A stretch of DNA of 64,000 nucleotides from Pseudomonadota bacterium (GCA_029563075.1 JAKQTN010000069.1:7618-71617), one strand, 5' to 3'. Positions 45,898-56,178 are shown, counted from the first letter of the stretch. Program-made: numbers and translations. Notes: a model not told the origin generated them from the sequence alone.

Positions 45898-47661
45898 ATG
45901 GTTTTAGACCAGAACAAGATTCAACACCATCAATTTGATGCAGTCATTGTCGGCGGCGGTGGCGCGGGTTTGCGTGCGTCGCTGCAACTGGCACAGGCTG
46001 GCGTTAAAGTGGCGGTATTGTCTAAAGTATTTCCTACCCGCTCACACACAGTGGCGGCTCAGGGTGGGATTGCTGCGGCGCTAGGCAATGTGGCCGAGGA
46101 TAAATGGCTGTGGCACATGTATGACACCATTAAAGGCTCGGATTTTCTGGGTGACCAGGATGCGATTGAGTTTATGTGCAAAAACGCCGCAAAAGCCATT
46201 ATCGAGTTGGAACACTTTGGCATGCCGTTTGACCGGCTGGAAAGCGGTAAAATTTTTCAGCGCCCGTTTGGCGGCATGACGCAGAATTTTGGCGAAACGC
46301 CTATTTCGCGCACTTGTGCGGTGGCCGATCGTACTGGCCACGCCATGCTGCACACGCTGTATCAGCGCAACATACAAGCTAATACGCAGTTTTTTGTCGA
46401 GTGGTTCGCGCTCGATTTGATTCGAGATGCAGACGGTGATGTACTCGGTGTCATCGCGCTGGAAATTGAAACGGGTGAGATTCACATCATGCAAGCCAAA
46501 ACCACACTGCTGGCTACAGGTGGCGCAGGGCGCATCTTTCAGGCCAGTACCAATGCGTTTATCAACACGGGTGATGGCTTGGGCATGGCGGCGCGGGCCG
46601 GCTTGCCCTTGCAGGACATGGAATTCTGGCAATTCCATCCGACAGGGGTGCTGCATGCAGGAGTGCTGATTACCGAAGGCGTGCGAGGCGAGGGCGGTTA
46701 TCTGGTGAATAGTGAGGGCGAGCGCTTTATGGAGCGTTACGCACCGCATGCCAAAGATCTGGCCAGCCGCGACGTGATTGCACGCGCTTCGGCGACCGAG
46801 ATTAAGGAAGGTCGTGGCGTCGGAAAGAACAAGGATGCGGTGCATCTGAAACTGGATCATCTAGGCGAAGAGCTAATAAACAAGCGCCTACCAGGCATAC
46901 GCGAAATTGCCAAAACCTTTGCCAATGTCGACCCGATTCACGACCCGATACCCGTGGTGCCGACTGCACACTATATGATGGGTGGTATTCCGACCAATCT
47001 GGATGGGCAAGTGGTTGTTAATAATGAGCGACCTGTGAAAGGCCTCTATGCAGTGGGTGAATGTGCTTGTGTTTCAGTGCATGGCGCCAACCGTTTAGGT
47101 TCAAATTCGCTGCTGGACTTGGTTGTGTTCGGTAAAGCGGCGGGCGATAAAATGGCGCTTGAAATCGCACAAAATAAAGCACACAAGCCGTTGCCGATTA
47201 ATGTGGCAGAAGCTACATTGGTGCGCATTGCACGATTGGAAAACGCCAGCGGAGAGAGTGTCACTGAGGTCGGTGCGGCTATGCGCAAAACCATGCAGAG
47301 GCATTGCGGTGTGTTCCGCTTTCCCGATTTGTTGGCAAAAGGGGTGGGTGAAATTGACGCTGTTGCAAAGCGCGTGCAGCACATTGTTATCAAAGATAAA
47401 AGCCAGGTATTTAACACCGCGCGCGTGGAAGCGCTGGAGCTGGACAACCTGATGGAAGTGGCGATGGCCACCATGCACGCTGCCAATGCGCGCACGGAGA
47501 GTCGTGGCGCGCATGCGCGTGAGGATTTTGGTGGGCGTGATGATATCAATTGGCTTAAACATTCACTTTTTTACAAACAAAACAATACATTAGCTTATAA
47601 GCCAGTGCGCTTAAAACCACTGACTGTGGAATCTTTTGAACCGAAAAAGAGGGTTTACTAG
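45898..47661 (+). CDS. sdhA: Succinate dehydrogenase flavoprotein
   Basis: [43 protein letters not shown]. Confidence 0.97.
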   Translation: MVLDQNKIQHHQFDAVIVGGGGAGLRASLQLAQAGVKVAVLSKVFPTRSHTVAAQGGIAAALGNVAEDKWLWHMYDTIKGSDFLGDQDAIEFMCKNAAKAIIELEHFGMPFDRLESGKIFQRPFGGMTQNFGETPISRTCAVADRTGHAMLHTLYQRNIQANTQFFVEWFALDLIRDADGDVLGVIALEIETGEIHIMQAKTTLLATGGAGRIFQASTNAFINTGDGLGMAARAGLPLQDMEFWQFHPTGVLHAGVLITEGVRGEGGYLVNSEGERFMERYAPHAKDLASRDVIARASATEIKEGRGVGKNKDAVHLKLDHLGEELINKRLPGIREIAKTFANVDPIHDPIPVVPTAHYMMGGIPTNLDGQVVVNNERPVKGLYAVGECACVSVHGANRLGSNSLLDLVVFGKAAGDKMALEIAQNKAHKPLPINVAEATLVRIARLENASGESVTEVGAAMRKTMQRHCGVFRFPDLLAKGVGEIDAVAKRVQHIVIKDKSQVFNTARVEALELDNLMEVAMATMHAANARTESRGAHAREDFGGRDDINWLKHSLFYKQNNTLAYKPVRLKPLTVESFEPKKRVY

Positions 47662-47662
47662 A

Positions 47663-48400
47663 ATGAAATTTAGCGTTTACAGATACAACCCGGACGCAGA
47701 CAAAAAGCCCTATATGCAGGATTACGACATCGAACTGCATGAGGAAGACCACATGCTCTTGGATGCACTGATCCGTATCAAAGAACACGATGAAACGCTG
47801 AGTTTACGTAAATCCTGCCGAGAAGGCGTGTGCGGCAGCGATGCGATGAATATCAACGGTAAAAATGGCCTGGCTTGCATTACCAAACTTGTGGATTTAG
47901 AAGAGCCAGTGGTGCTGCGCCCTATGCCGGGCTTGCCGGTGATTCGCGATTTGGTGGTCGATATGACACAGTTTTTCGAGCATTACAACTCGGTCAAGCC
48001 CTACCTTGTAAATAATGACCCGCTGCCGGAAACCGAACGCCTGCAAAGCCCGGAAGACCGTGCCAAACTGGACGGTCTGTACGAGTGTATTTTATGCGGT
48101 GCCTGTACCACGTCATGTCCAAGTTTCTGGTGGAATCCGGATAAGTTTGTCGGCCCGGCCGGCCTGATGCAGGCCTATCGGTTTATTGCAGACTCACGTG
48201 ACCAGGCTGAAGCCGAGCGACTGGAGAATCTCGAAGACCCTTATCGTTTATACCGCTGTCATAACATCATGAATTGTGTGGAAGTGTGCCCGAAAAAGCT
48301 CAACCCGAATGCGGCGATTGCCAAAATTAAAGACCTAAAAATCGAGCGGGCGCGTGAGCGCAAAATAACCAAAAAAGAAATACCAATCAAGGTGTTATAA
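47663..48400 (+). CDS. sdhB: Succinate dehydrogenase iron-sulfur subunit
   Basis: SCREGVCGSD, CILCGACTTSCP, CHNIMNCVEVCP. Start ATG 47663. Confidence 0.97.
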   Translation: MKFSVYRYNPDADKKPYMQDYDIELHEEDHMLLDALIRIKEHDETLSLRKSCREGVCGSDAMNINGKNGLACITKLVDLEEPVVLRPMPGLPVIRDLVVDMTQFFEHYNSVKPYLVNNDPLPETERLQSPEDRAKLDGLYECILCGACTTSCPSFWWNPDKFVGPAGLMQAYRFIADSRDQAEAERLENLEDPYRLYRCHNIMNCVEVCPKKLNPNAAIAKIKDLKIERARERKITKKEIPIKVL

Positions 48401-48688
48401 ATGCTGGATAGTGAACACATGAATGAAGCAGAACAACGGCGCTTAGCCTGGCGTTGTAGGCGTGGCCTGCTGGAGCTTGATATCGTGTTGCAGCGCTTTG
48501 TAAATGGGCAATTTAGCGAGCTGAGTTTGCGCGAGCAGCAGGCATTCGATGCGTTGCTCGACTTGCCGGACAATGATTTTTGGGCTTTGATCAGTGCAAC
48601 GGAAACGGCACATGAGAACGGCAGCATGCATAGCGTCATTACAAAATTAAGAGTGGCTGGAATGAACCATAATCAGGAGGCGAAATAA
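48401..48688 (+). CDS. sdhE: Succinate dehydrogenase assembly factor
   Basis: WRCRRGLLELD, LLDLPDNDF. Confidence 0.9.
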   Translation: MLDSEHMNEAEQRRLAWRCRRGLLELDIVLQRFVNGQFSELSLREQQAFDALLDLPDNDFWALISATETAHENGSMHSVITKLRVAGMNHNQEAK

Positions 48689-48689
48689 G

Positions 48690-49820
48690 GTGATGATGCA
48701 TATCGGTGGACAGGCGCTATCTATAGATGCTCGCGCGTTAGGTGACTACTGGCCGGGCATCCAGCTCTATTATCCGCCCGTAAAATACGCGCCCAGTCTC
48801 GGCATATATGAGGACATGGCGCAAGCCGCTGCGCGCATGAAAAAGCATGCACATTTTACCAATGCGCATACGTTGATTTTTGACCTGGAGGATGGTTGCC
48901 GGCAAAAAGAGATGAGTCGCGACTTGCTGCGACAAGAGTTGCCCGAGCTGCGACGAGTAAATCAAAACGTCACGATTGCGATTCGAGCCAACCCTTTCCG
49001 TACCGATGAATACGAGCTGGATATGCGGCTGGTGTGCGAGATGGCGGAATATATTGATGTTGTGATGCTGGCGAAAGCGGGCGAGGCCTATGGCGCGGCA
49101 GAGGTGCGGGATTTATCCAGTTTTCTGTTAAGTATTAATCCGAAAATCACTATTCAGCCGATTATTGAGCATCCAAAATCGCTCAAGATTGCGCCCGAGC
49201 TCATGCAGTACAACACAGTTAAACACGTGGTGTTCGGCATTCACGATTTTTCCAAAGCAATGGGCATTCATATTACGCCAGAAAACTGGATTGAAGAGCT
49301 GCAGTTTTACATGAACCAGCTTATGTTCGAGGCACGTATCGCGGGCAAGGGCGTGATAGGCGGCGTGGAGACTTTGCTCGGGGCTAATATCATGCCAGAG
49401 AAATATTTAGAGCCGCACGATGTGCGCCGTTGGCTGGATTTACATGGCGATAACGAATCGCGCATTGTATACAAACACGCCTGTCAGGAAGCCGCTATGG
49501 GGCTTACCGGCAAACAGGTCATTCATCCTGGGCATATTCATCTGTGTAAAACCGCTTATACACCATCACCCACCGATGTGGCGCAAAAAGTGGCAATTTT
49601 AAAAGCGGCGATTGAAGCCGATGCACTGCACGGCGGCGCGATTAAATTTGAAGGCGAGATGCTGGATCCGCCTATGTTCGGCAAGGCGCTGCAAACCCTG
49701 CTGCGCGCACATGCTTTACGTGCGCTTAAAACGGCAGATATGGAGTTTGCAGTGCATGTTCTGGAACTGCTACCAGCTCAGGTAGTGCGTCAAAATTGGC
49801 CATACGGAGTGCTACTTTAA
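48690..49820 (+). CDS. CitE-family protein 3 (atypical)
   Basis: IFDLEDG, IRAN, IIEHP, FGIHDF, GKQVIHP, EGEMLDPP. Confidence 0.8.
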   Translation: MMMHIGGQALSIDARALGDYWPGIQLYYPPVKYAPSLGIYEDMAQAAARMKKHAHFTNAHTLIFDLEDGCRQKEMSRDLLRQELPELRRVNQNVTIAIRANPFRTDEYELDMRLVCEMAEYIDVVMLAKAGEAYGAAEVRDLSSFLLSINPKITIQPIIEHPKSLKIAPELMQYNTVKHVVFGIHDFSKAMGIHITPENWIEELQFYMNQLMFEARIAGKGVIGGVETLLGANIMPEKYLEPHDVRRWLDLHGDNESRIVYKHACQEAAMGLTGKQVIHPGHIHLCKTAYTPSPTDVAQKVAILKAAIEADALHGGAIKFEGEMLDPPMFGKALQTLLRAHALRALKTADMEFAVHVLELLPAQVVRQNWPYGVLL

Positions 49821-51457
49821 TGTTTACAGACTTTCCCAAATGGGAATGGAATATTCCTGAATATTTCAATATCGGGGCAGCCTGCACCGATAGGCATCTC
49901 GGCACGCCACAAGCCGACAATATCGCCATGATTGTCGAAGATGATACGCTTGGAACTGCGCAAATCACCTTTGCCGAGCTGGCGCGTAAAACCGACCAGT
50001 TTGCACAGGTGCTGCGAAATTTAAACGTTAAGGTGGGTGACCGGGTGCTGATTCGCCTGCCGAACAGCCTGGATTACCCGATCGCATTTCTAGGGGCGAT
50101 GAAGATGGGTGCGATTTCTGTGCCGACATCAACGCTGCTCACGGCTGAAGAAGTGGCTTATCTGGCTAAGGACTCAGGCGCAACGGTGCTGGTGACGGAT
50201 GCGACAGCCTGGAAAAATATGGAAGAGCAATTGGTGCAAGGGTTAAGGGATACGCCTAATCTATCGCACATCTTGCTCTCGCAAGCCACCCATACTGAGC
50301 CGCATGGCTGCCTGAATGTACTGAGTTTGGAAAACAGTCTGAGCGCCACCCATAGGTGTGATAAGGTGCATAAAAGTAAGGCTGACGATCCCGCTTATCT
50401 GGTGTATACCTCTGGCACAACAGGCTACCCAAAAGGTGTTCTGCATGCGCACCGCGCCCTGCTTGGCCGTCAGCCTGCCGCGCAATACTGGTTTAATTAC
50501 AGTGACAGTGCACAAGATCGAATTATGCACTCGGGTAAATTTAACTGGACCTATGTGCTGGGCTCTGGCCTGATGGATCCGCTGTATTTGGGCAAAACCG
50601 TCATTGTGCACGAAGGGAAAAATGATGCGCAGAAATGGCTGGATTTGATTCAAAAACATCAAGCCACCATTTTTATTGGTGTGCCGACGATTTACCGCCA
50701 GATCTTGCAAAAAACAACAGCCACAAAAGAAGAATTGCCCAGTCTGCGCCACTACATGAGCGCGGGTGAGCACCTGTCTGACGAAGTGTTAAGCCAATGG
50801 CGCGAACGGTTTGGTTTGGATATTTATGAAGCCGTGGGCATGAGCGAGTTCTCGTACTATTTAAGCCAGAGTCAATTCCGTGCTATACGTGCGGGATCTG
50901 CAGGATTCGCGCAACCTGGCCATGCTATTAAATTGCTTAATCCTGAAACGCTGGAAGAAGTCGCTATGGGCGAAGAAGGCATGATTTGCGTGCCATTAGA
51001 CGACCCCGGCTTGTTTTTACTTTATTGGAATCTGGACGAAGAAACCGCAAAATATAAGCATAATGGCCACTTTTTCACGGGAGATTTTGCCAAATATGAT
51101 GCGGATGGCTACATCTGGTTTTTAGGCCGCAAAGACGACATTATCAAAAGCTTCGGTTATCGAGTATCGCCCTATGAGATCGAGCGCGTGTACAAAAATC
51201 ATCCTGATGTCGCAGATTGCGCGGCAATTGGCGAAGAGTTGGAGAAAGACAAGGTGCTAGTGGTGTGCTACGTGATACTAAAACCGGATTCAAGCACCAC
51301 CCCGGATGACTTGGCCAGCTTTGGCAAACAACATTTGGCCGCTTACAAAGCGCCAAAAACTGTTTATCTTGCGCATGATTTCCCACGCACTAAGAATGGT
51401 AAAATCTTGCGTAAAGATATTACACCCAGCATTGCGATAGCCAAAAGTTCGAGATGA
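49820..51457 (+). CDS. AMP-forming acyl-CoA ligase (medium-chain/aryl-CoA ligase-like), substrate unknown
   Basis: YTSGTTGYPKG, SAGE, GMSE, TGD, GRKDD, PRTKNGKILR. TAATG overlap with the upstream CitE gene. Confidence 0.88.
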   Translation: MFTDFPKWEWNIPEYFNIGAACTDRHLGTPQADNIAMIVEDDTLGTAQITFAELARKTDQFAQVLRNLNVKVGDRVLIRLPNSLDYPIAFLGAMKMGAISVPTSTLLTAEEVAYLAKDSGATVLVTDATAWKNMEEQLVQGLRDTPNLSHILLSQATHTEPHGCLNVLSLENSLSATHRCDKVHKSKADDPAYLVYTSGTTGYPKGVLHAHRALLGRQPAAQYWFNYSDSAQDRIMHSGKFNWTYVLGSGLMDPLYLGKTVIVHEGKNDAQKWLDLIQKHQATIFIGVPTIYRQILQKTTATKEELPSLRHYMSAGEHLSDEVLSQWRERFGLDIYEAVGMSEFSYYLSQSQFRAIRAGSAGFAQPGHAIKLLNPETLEEVAMGEEGMICVPLDDPGLFLLYWNLDEETAKYKHNGHFFTGDFAKYDADGYIWFLGRKDDIIKSFGYRVSPYEIERVYKNHPDVADCAAIGEELEKDKVLVVCYVILKPDSSTTPDDLASFGKQHLAAYKAPKTVYLAHDFPRTKNGKILRKDITPSIAIAKSSR

Positions 51458-52992
51458 GCATAATCAAACAAGAAGACTTTATTCAAAGCATCGCCGATGC
51501 TTTGCAGTACATTTCTTACTATCACCCGGCGGATTATATCCAAGCCTTGGGTGAGGCATATAAAGTTGAGCAATCGCCTGCGGCGAAAGATGCTATCGCG
51601 CAGATTCTTACCAATTCGCGCATGTGTGCAGAAGGCAAGCGCCCGATCTGTCAGGATACGGGCATTGTGGTGGCGTTTGTTAAAGTGGGCATGAGTGTGT
51701 GTTTTGAGGGCGAGCTATCATTGGAAGAAATGGTGAATGAGGGCGTGCGCCGCGCATATTTGCTGCCGGAGAATAAGCTGCGTGCCTCGATTGTGAACGA
51801 CCCTACTGGTGCCCGCAAAAACACCAAAGACAATACACCAGCTGTAACGCATGTAGAACTGGTGCAAGGCAACATGGTGGAAGTGAGTATTGCAGCAAAA
51901 GGCGGCGGTAGCGAGAATAAAGCCAAGTTCGCGATGCTTAACCCGAATGATTCTATCGTGGATTGGATACTGGAAACCGTGCCGACCATGGGCGCGGGCT
52001 GGTGTCCGCCTGGCATGCTGGGTATTGGTATTGGTGGTGATGCTGAAAAAGCCATGATTCTGGCCAAAGAATCGCTGATGCAGCCGATTAACATGCATGA
52101 ACTTATACAAAAGGGCGCACATAACAGACTGGAAGAGTTGCGGCTGGAGATTTACGAAAAAGTGAATAATCTCGGCATTGGTGCACAAGGTTTAGGTGGC
52201 CTGACAACAGTATTGGATGTGAAGATTTTGGATTATCCAACGCATGCGGCCAGTCTGCCGGTGGCGATTATTCCTAATTGTGCGGCGACGCGGCATATTC
52301 ACTTTAACTTGGGCGGCACGGGCGTAGCAGAGCTCACGCCGCCTGACATTAGCATCTATCCTGATATACACTGGGCACCGAGCCCGCAAGCCAGGCGTGT
52401 GAATCTAGACATGCTCACAAAAGCCGATATAGCCCATTGGCAGGCAGGCGAAACATTATTATTAAGCGGGAAATTGCTGACAGGGCGCGATGCTGCGCAT
52501 AAAAGAATATCCGCCATGCTGGCTAAAGGCGAGCAACTGCCCGTGGATTTTACCAACCGCTTTATTTATTACGTTGGCCCGGTGGATGCTGTCCGGGATG
52601 AAATAGTTGGCCCGGCAGGTCCAACCACGGCCACACGGATGGATGATTATACCGAGATGATGCTAGGGCAGCTCAACTTGTTGGGCAGTATTGGCAAGGC
52701 AGAGCGCGGTGACGAGGCTTTAGCAGTAATCGCTAAATACAAATCAGTGTACTTAATGGCCATTGGCGGCGCGGCGTATCTGGTGAGTAAAGCTATTAAA
52801 AAATCGCGTGTCGTTGCGTTTGCCGATTTGGGCATGGAAGCGATCTATGAGTTTGAAGTGGTGGATATGCCGGTGACGGTGGCTGTGAGCGCGACGGGTG
52901 AATCGGTGCACATAACCGGGCCTGCGGAATGGAAAGAAAGCATTGCGAAGCATAAAACAATAAAAATTCATTCTGTGCCGCAGTTTACATAG
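51454..52992 (+). CDS. fumA: Class I (Fe-S) fumarate hydratase
   Basis: PICQDTG, KGGGSEN, GWCPPG, TGRDAAH, GPTTATRMD. Confidence 0.93.
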   Translation: MSIIKQEDFIQSIADALQYISYYHPADYIQALGEAYKVEQSPAAKDAIAQILTNSRMCAEGKRPICQDTGIVVAFVKVGMSVCFEGELSLEEMVNEGVRRAYLLPENKLRASIVNDPTGARKNTKDNTPAVTHVELVQGNMVEVSIAAKGGGSENKAKFAMLNPNDSIVDWILETVPTMGAGWCPPGMLGIGIGGDAEKAMILAKESLMQPINMHELIQKGAHNRLEELRLEIYEKVNNLGIGAQGLGGLTTVLDVKILDYPTHAASLPVAIIPNCAATRHIHFNLGGTGVAELTPPDISIYPDIHWAPSPQARRVNLDMLTKADIAHWQAGETLLLSGKLLTGRDAAHKRISAMLAKGEQLPVDFTNRFIYYVGPVDAVRDEIVGPAGPTTATRMDDYTEMMLGQLNLLGSIGKAERGDEALAVIAKYKSVYLMAIGGAAYLVSKAIKKSRVVAFADLGMEAIYEFEVVDMPVTVAVSATGESVHITGPAEWKESIAKHKTIKIHSVPQFT

Positions 52993-53043
52993 TAGACTGC
53001 ACTTTTTGTACCAGTATCAGTCATAATGACTGGAGAATACACA

Positions 53044-53376
53044 ATGAATATACATCGATTTCTAAGGCTGACAGCACAGGTTGTTGCGATGATTTTTTTG
53101 CTATTGGCAGCGAATGCGGCCAGTGCGGATGATATATTGGGTTATCTCACCGATAAGGATGGCCGATATACAGGCCCGACGGTGGAAGATAATATCGCCA
53201 GGATGGATGCCGATAAAAATGGCTTCGCAGACGTGTTTGAAGTGCGTGCATTTTTGGAGCTGGAACACGGCAAAGGCTACGAAAAAGCACTGATGGATAA
53301 GTGGGAAGCCTCTGCCAGAGGTACAAGTTGTACCACGCCATTTTCCAAAGAGTTGTATGTAGATAAAAGCAACTAA
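53044..53376 (+). CDS. Small secreted EF-hand protein
   Basis: Signal peptide ending ANA-ASA; 12-residue loop DADKNGFADVFE; GGAG RBS before ATG 53044. Confidence 0.7.
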   Translation: MNIHRFLRLTAQVVAMIFLLLAANAASADDILGYLTDKDGRYTGPTVEDNIARMDADKNGFADVFEVRAFLELEHGKGYEKALMDKWEASARGTSCTTPFSKELYVDKSN

Positions 53377-53501
53377 TTTATTTCTCCGGTAATAGCGTTG
53401 ACTAAGTCATACCGGCGCTGGCAGGAATGATGGAATTTTCAAGCTGGTTGTATAATCACATTTTTAATTATTTTATCCAAATCTCAAAGATGCAAAACAC
53501 C

Positions 53502-56084
53502 ATGTTAAAAGCCTACCAAACGCATGTGCAAGAACGCGCAGCGCAACAGCTTCCACCGTTACCAATGACTGCTGAGCAGGTTGCACAATTGGTTGAGTTG
53601 CTTAAAAACCCGCCGGCAGGCGAAGAGGCTTTACTGACAGATCTGCTTGAAAACCGCACCCCCGCTGGTGTAGACCAAGCGGCTTATGTAAAAGCGGCAT
53701 TTTTGGCCGATATTGCCAAAGGCACTACCAAATCACCTCTGATTTCTCCGGAAAAGGCTGTGCAATTACTTGGCACCATGCTGGGTGGCTACAACGTGCA
53801 AGCGCTGGTTGAGTTATTAAGCACTCCAATGGCAGAGCATGCGGTTAAGGCGTTAAGCAGCACCATCTTGATGTTTGATGCGTTTCACGATGTGGATGTA
53901 TTGATGAAGGCGGGGAACGCCCATGCTAAAAAACTCATGCAATCCTGGGCAAATGCCGAGTGGTTTACCAGCAAACCCGCCATGCCGGATGAAATCAAAA
54001 TGGTGGTGTTTAAGGTCGATGGCGAAACCAACACGGATGACCTTAGTCCGGCGCAGGAGGCCTGGAGTCGCCCGGATATTCCGCTGCATGCCAAAGCCAT
54101 GCTGGTGAATAAAATGCCTGATGGCCTGAAAACCATCGAAAGCCTGAAGCAAAAAGGCCTGCCACTGGCTTACGTGGGCGACATCGTGGGCACGGGCTCA
54201 TCGCGCAAATCGGCGATTAACTCGGTGCAATGGTACATGGGCAACGATATTCCGAATATTCCCAATAAACGCACAGGCGGTGTGATTCTGGGCGGTAAAA
54301 TCGCGCCGATTTTCTTTAATACAGCAGAAGATTCAGGCGCCTTGCCGATTCAATGTGATGTTTCGAAAATGCATACATGTGATGTAATTACGATTAAACC
54401 GTTCGAGGGCAAAGTGTTGAATGACTCGGGAGAAGTCGTTTCCAGCTTTGAGCTTAGCCCAGTCACCATGCCTGATGAAGTGCGTGCGGGCGGCCGTATT
54501 CCTTTGATTATCGGTCGCGGCCTGACTTCTAACGCACGCAAGGCTTTGGGCTTGGCTGAAACAGATGTGTTTATTAAAGCAACACCTGCGGCAGTTTCGA
54601 AAAGGGGTTACACTCTCGCGCAAAAAATGGTGGGCAGAGCATGTGGGTTGCCAGAAGGTGTTGGGGTGCGCCCTGGTACTTATTGCGAGCCAAAAGCAAC
54701 AACTGTGGGCTCGCAGGACACCACTGGCGGCATGACGCGCGATGAGCTAAAAGAATTGGCATGTCTAGGGTTTAGCAGCGATCTGGTGATGCAGAGCTTC
54801 TGCCACACCGCCGCTTACCCGAAACCAGTCGATATCAAATTGCAGCACGAGTTGCCAGAGTTTATGTCTAGCCGCGGCGGGGTTTCTTTGCGTCCAGGCG
54901 ATGGCGTGATCCACTCCTGGCTCAACCGCATGATTCTGCCGGATACCGTTGGTACAGGCGGCGATTCACACACACGCTTCCCGATTGGTATTTCATTCCC
55001 CGCTGGTTCGGGGTTGGTGGCGTTTGCCGCGGCTACCGGCGCGATGCCGCTGGATATGCCGGAATCTGTCCTGGTGCGCTTCAAGGGAACCATGCAGCCG
55101 GGTATTACCCTGCGAGATCTGGTGAATGCGATTCCTTATGCGGCGATTCAGGAAGGTACGCTTACTGTGGGTAAGCAAGGTAAAAAGAACGTATTTAACG
55201 GCAGGATTTTAGAAATAGAAGGCCTGCCTGATTTGAAAGTCGAACAGGCCTTTGAGTTCGCAGATGCTTCTGCCGAGCGCTCTGCCAATGGTTGCACGGT
55301 GTTGCTGAACAAAGAGCCGGTGATTGAGTTTCTGAACTCCAATATCGTGCTGATGCAGAACATGATAGACAATGGCTATCAGGATGCACGCACTTTGCAG
55401 CGTCGCATCGCCAATATGCAGGCATGGCTGGAAAAATCAGAACTGCTGCAACCAGATGCCGATGCTGAATACGCGCATGTGATCGAGATTGATTTGAACG
55501 AAATCAAAGAGCCATTGGTGGCGTGCCCGAACGACCCGGATGACATCAAGCCGTTATCTGCTGTCGTGGGTGATAAGGTGGATGAGGTGTTTATAGGCAG
55601 TTGCATGACCAATATCGGCCATTACCGCGCCGCAGCCAAAGTGCTGGAAGGCACGGGCAACATCCCGACAAGACTGTGGATCGCACCGCCAACCCGTATG
55701 GATGAAGCGCAATTGCGTGACGAAGGCGTGTATTCTGTGTTTGGCGTAGCTGGTGCGCGTACCGAAGTCCCAGGTTGCAGCCTTTGCATGGGCAACCAGG
55801 CGCGTGTGGCAGATAAAGCGACTGTATTCAGTACCAGTACACGCAACTTTGATAACCGCATGGGCAAGGATGCGCGTGTTTATCTAGGTTCAGCAGAATT
55901 GGCTGCTGTCTGCGCCAAACTGGGCCGCATGCCAACGCATGCAGAATATATGGAAACCGTGGGCAATAAACTCGCTAACAGTGCGGAGATTTACAAATAT
56001 CTGAATTTTGACCAGATGACCGAATACAAGGGCGCCCTGGATAAGGTAAAGAAAGTCATTCCAATCGCAGAGCTTTCAGAATAA
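53502..56084 (+). CDS. acnB: Aconitate hydratase B / 2-methylisocitrate dehydratase
   Basis: [41 protein letters not shown]. Start ATG 53502. Confidence 0.97.
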   Translation: MLKAYQTHVQERAAQQLPPLPMTAEQVAQLVELLKNPPAGEEALLTDLLENRTPAGVDQAAYVKAAFLADIAKGTTKSPLISPEKAVQLLGTMLGGYNVQALVELLSTPMAEHAVKALSSTILMFDAFHDVDVLMKAGNAHAKKLMQSWANAEWFTSKPAMPDEIKMVVFKVDGETNTDDLSPAQEAWSRPDIPLHAKAMLVNKMPDGLKTIESLKQKGLPLAYVGDIVGTGSSRKSAINSVQWYMGNDIPNIPNKRTGGVILGGKIAPIFFNTAEDSGALPIQCDVSKMHTCDVITIKPFEGKVLNDSGEVVSSFELSPVTMPDEVRAGGRIPLIIGRGLTSNARKALGLAETDVFIKATPAAVSKRGYTLAQKMVGRACGLPEGVGVRPGTYCEPKATTVGSQDTTGGMTRDELKELACLGFSSDLVMQSFCHTAAYPKPVDIKLQHELPEFMSSRGGVSLRPGDGVIHSWLNRMILPDTVGTGGDSHTRFPIGISFPAGSGLVAFAAATGAMPLDMPESVLVRFKGTMQPGITLRDLVNAIPYAAIQEGTLTVGKQGKKNVFNGRILEIEGLPDLKVEQAFEFADASAERSANGCTVLLNKEPVIEFLNSNIVLMQNMIDNGYQDARTLQRRIANMQAWLEKSELLQPDADAEYAHVIEIDLNEIKEPLVACPNDPDDIKPLSAVVGDKVDEVFIGSCMTNIGHYRAAAKVLEGTGNIPTRLWIAPPTRMDEAQLRDEGVYSVFGVAGARTEVPGCSLCMGNQARVADKATVFSTSTRNFDNRMGKDARVYLGSAELAAVCAKLGRMPTHAEYMETVGNKLANSAEIYKYLNFDQMTEYKGALDKVKKVIPIAELSE

Positions 56085-56178
56085 AGTGCTAACTTGGTCT
56101 CAGAACCTCTAGCTTAAAAAGGATGATACTGAATTACACTCTTGAGGTTTTTATTGCCATACCTTTAGTTTGTGCGAT

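Noticed and set aside
46081-46860. 259-aa antisense ORF within sdhA, and similar long antisense ORFs in lpdA, aceE and uvrC
   Set aside because: These are typical shadow ORFs caused by codon bias in GC-rich genes; they have no RBS or motif support.
53026-53376. Calling the EF-hand protein lanmodulin
   Set aside because: It has only one canonical loop and no position-2 Pro.
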